This document shows positions 62,212 to 64,000 of a stretch of 64,000 nt of DNA, piece after piece. Every line of letters begins with the position of its first letter. Positions within the stretch are counted from its first letter, which is position 1. Source of the stretch: Pseudothauera lacus. GTDB lineage: Bacteria; Pseudomonadota; Gammaproteobacteria; Burkholderiales; Rhodocyclaceae. Under the pieces are notes generated by a model, which saw only the letters and a program-made list of their open reading frames with translations, was not told where the DNA came from and made no database searches. The stretch spans positions 267,473 to 331,472 of the forward strand of contig NZ_PZKC01000001.1 in the NCBI RefSeq assembly GCF_003034845.1. Reading direction: 5' to 3'. The translations under genes and the position numbers were made by a program.

Positions 62212-62532
62212 CTATGCATGCGCACTTTCGCCATGCACGGGCACGGCGATCAGCTTCACACCCAGCGCCGCACACACCCGGCTGACAGTCTCGAAACGCG
62301 GCTGGCTGGTGGGGCGCAGTGCCTTGTACAACGCTTCGCGCGTAATTCCCGAAGTCTTGGCGATCTCGGTCATGCCACGGGCGCGCGCAACCGTACCCAG
62401 CGCATCCGCAAGTGCCGCCGGATCGTTCTCTTCGAGCACGATGGTCAGGTAATCCGCAATGGCCCGTTCATCCGCCAGATGCTCGGCCATATCGAATTCA
62501 GGCAGTTCGGACATCTTGACTTTCTTGCTCAT
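62212..62532 (-). CDS. higA: Addiction-module antidote protein (HigA-like HTH antitoxin).
   Basis: 106 aa. MSKKVKMSELPEFDMAEHLADERAIADYL... matches the TIGR02684-type antidote pattern. Sits immediately downstream of the toxin remnant. Confidence 0.7.
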   Translation of the reverse strand: MSKKVKMSELPEFDMAEHLADERAIADYLTIVLEENDPAALADALGTVARARGMTEIAKTSGITREALYKALRPTSQPRFETVSRVCAALGVKLIAVPVHGESAHA

Positions 62533-62535
62533 GAC

Positions 62536-62830
62536 TCAAGCCTCCAGCTTCGTGGCCAATTTGATGGCCTTGGCGATATCGGTGGCCTGTGTGGACTTGT
62601 CCCCGCCGCCGAGCATCACGATCAACACCTCGCCGCGCTGCACGTAGTACATGCGCCAGCCTGGCCCGAAAAACTCACGCATCTCCCACCCCCTCGCCAA
62701 TCTGCTTCACGTCCCCCAGATTGCCCCGCTGAACCTTCTCGAGCCGCCGCGCCAAGCGCAACCGAGTCATCCCGTCCTTGAGGCCAGACAACCAGGCGAC
62801 GAACTCTGGGAGTTGTCGAATCGTGTACAT
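62536..62830 (-). pseudogene. higB: HigB-like (RelE/ParE superfamily) addiction-module killer protein disrupted by an apparent 1-nt frameshift in a G-run.
   Basis: N-terminal frame gives MYTIRQLPEFVAWLSGLKD...GDVKQIGEGVGDA*. The adjacent frame continues EMREFFGPGWRMYYVQRGEVLIVMLGGGDKSTQATDIAKAIKLATKLEA*, ending 4 nt before the higA ATG. The shift is at plus 62683-62698 (ctcccaccccctcgcc). Confidence 0.6.
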
Positions 62831-63056
62831 GACTGAGATTGTAGTCGTTCGATTACACCAGTCAAGGCCGCGCATGACGCGCGGCGCCTTTTTGATCCAG
62901 GCTCAAACGATCGGCAAGGCGCCGAACCGGACAGGCGCGAAGTGTGCGATCGACGCAAATCCCGGCAAAGGCCTGCATGCTTAAGGCTGTGACAGATCGA
63001 CAGCCGCACGATCAAAGATGATGCTTGCAGCAGACAGAGGTAGCGCCTCGCGTCGC

Positions 63057-63141
63057 TGGTGCCCGGGACGGGACTCGAACCCGTAAGCCTGTCGGCGGTG
63101 GATTTTAAGTCCACTATGGTTACCAATTTCATCACCCGGGC
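63057..63141 (-). tRNA. tRNA-Leu (anticodon UAA), type II with long variable arm and encoded CCA.
   Basis: Manually folded. Acceptor GCCCGGG/CCCGGGC. Anticodon stem GTGGA/TCCAC with loop CTTAAAA. T-arm ACGGG-TTCGAGT-CCCGT. 13-nt variable arm. Confidence 0.8.
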
Positions 63142-63398
63142 AGCGGGGGCGATTGTACCGTTCCCTCCACTGCATGCGTAGATCGTGCGTAACATTCGAC
63201 CACATGCCAGCGCCTACCCACGCAACATGAAACAACCAGGAACAACGCAAGATCATGATGCGCGTGGCCTTGCCTTGTCACATGTCGCGGCGCCAGGCAA
63301 TGACATTTGGCTTACAATCCCTCGACGTAAGCCCCGTGCAGGTTCGAGCCCCTTGCCAACACCATCCACCCGGCCGCTCCACGGCCGGCTAATGAGAG

Positions 63399-64000
63399 AT
63401 GACAACAGGTCTGCCCAATCCCCCCGAAGTCACCCGCACGCCTCACGGCGACGTCACCTGGCGCTTTCACTACCTCTCCGACGAGCAGGTACTGCGCGCA
63501 AAGCGTGGGCGCAACATTCTCAAGATCATCTACGTCAGCGGAATGGCGCTGTTCTGCTTCGTGCCGGGGGACATCGACATCAACGAAGGCATGCTGATGT
63601 TCATGCTCTCGCTGCTGATGCTGCCATTTGCCTCGATGGTCCGCATTGTCACCACCGACGCCCTGCGCTTCGTCGGCCATGTCGCCAGTTTCAGTCCCGC
63701 ACATGGCACGCTGACCCTTGAGGACCCACGCCTGGGCCGCCGCGAACGCAGGACCTTGCAGATGGAAGAGGTCAGCGGCATCGAACTGGTCCGCCGTGCC
63801 GGAACCCAGTACACCCCGAGCTATTACTACCACCTCGTGCGGATGAACAACGGCAGCGGCATCAAGCTCGCCAACATGGGCCCCGACGGCGACAGCATCG
63901 CCCTGGAGATGAACAGACTCGTCCTGGACGCCCACGAAGCCGCGCGCAAACGTAACCGCAAGCAGACCAGAGTGGCCGCGCGGGCTGCCCTTGCGAGGCC
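63399..64000 (+). CDS. Partial CDS (3' end beyond the window). Hypothetical protein with a central hydrophobic segment.
   Basis: Open frame of 200 codons with strong GC3 bias starting at ATG 63399 (MTTGLPNPPEVTRTPHGDVTWRFHY...). It is absent from the ORF track because it is truncated by the window edge. It replaces the listed overlapping ORF 63185-63721. Confidence 0.45.
   Translation, partial: MTTGLPNPPEVTRTPHGDVTWRFHYLSDEQVLRAKRGRNILKIIYVSGMALFCFVPGDIDINEGMLMFMLSLLMLPFASMVRIVTTDALRFVGHVASFSPAHGTLTLEDPRLGRRERRTLQMEEVSGIELVRRAGTQYTPSYYYHLVRMNNGSGIKLANMGPDGDSIALEMNRLVLDAHEAARKRNRKQTRVAARAALAR

Noticed and set aside
62212-63141. Genomic island or prophage integrated at tRNA-Leu.
   Set aside because: No integrase, no direct repeat of the tRNA 3' end and no phage genes. 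Only a ~0.9 kb TA remnant lies between minE and the tRNA, so it is not called a mobile element.
63185-63721. 178-aa listed ORF next to tRNA-Leu.
   Set aside because: An alternative frame starting at 63399 stays open to the window end with markedly better GC3 codon bias. The listed frame is probably spurious.

Overview
This is a high-GC (~68%) chromosomal segment. Gene content and codon usage are betaproteobacterial-like (inference), and coding density is high, with ~55 genes. I found no CRISPR array, transposase, integrase or rRNA gene. There is one tRNA-Leu(UAA). Most long antisense ORFs in the six-frame track are GC-driven shadow ORFs.

Main content:
- **Signalling genes.** Four GGDEF/EAL proteins, one HD-GYP protein, a solute-binding-domain hybrid histidine kinase, a PAS histidine kinase and an MCP.
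- **Housekeeping genes.** metY, a flavoprotein, an LpxH-like phosphoesterase, an MFS transporter, yaeQ, a DASS transporter, a LysR/pirin/azoR cluster, tesA next to a ybbA-like ABC ATPase, selD/selU, a gabD-like aldehyde dehydrogenase, a PatZ-like acetyltransferase, a hexose-6-phosphate mutarotase, tex, yffB-like arsC, hslO and minCDE.
- **NO-response operon.** Hemerythrin, DUF2249 and nnrS behind an FNR/Dnr-type box.
- **ParA-like module.** A ParA-like ATPase translationally coupled to a small protein made of (AAKP)n repeats encoded by a 12-bp tandem repeat at the window edge.
- **Decayed toxin-antitoxin pair.** A frameshifted higB-like toxin with an intact higA, next to the tRNA-Leu.

The strongest candidate for an undescribed system is a ~9.7 kb single-strand operon (17283-26995) driven by a near-consensus sigma70 promoter. 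It fuses a YjfI-like gene and a PspA/IM30-like gene with a 107-aa coupled ORF, an NfeD/YqiJ-like membrane protein, a YqiK-type flotillin and a giant 1732-aa protein. The giant protein has a C-terminal MoxR/AAA_5-type ATPase module with a DD Walker B, and its ~1270-aa N-terminal region shows no similarity I can name from inspection.
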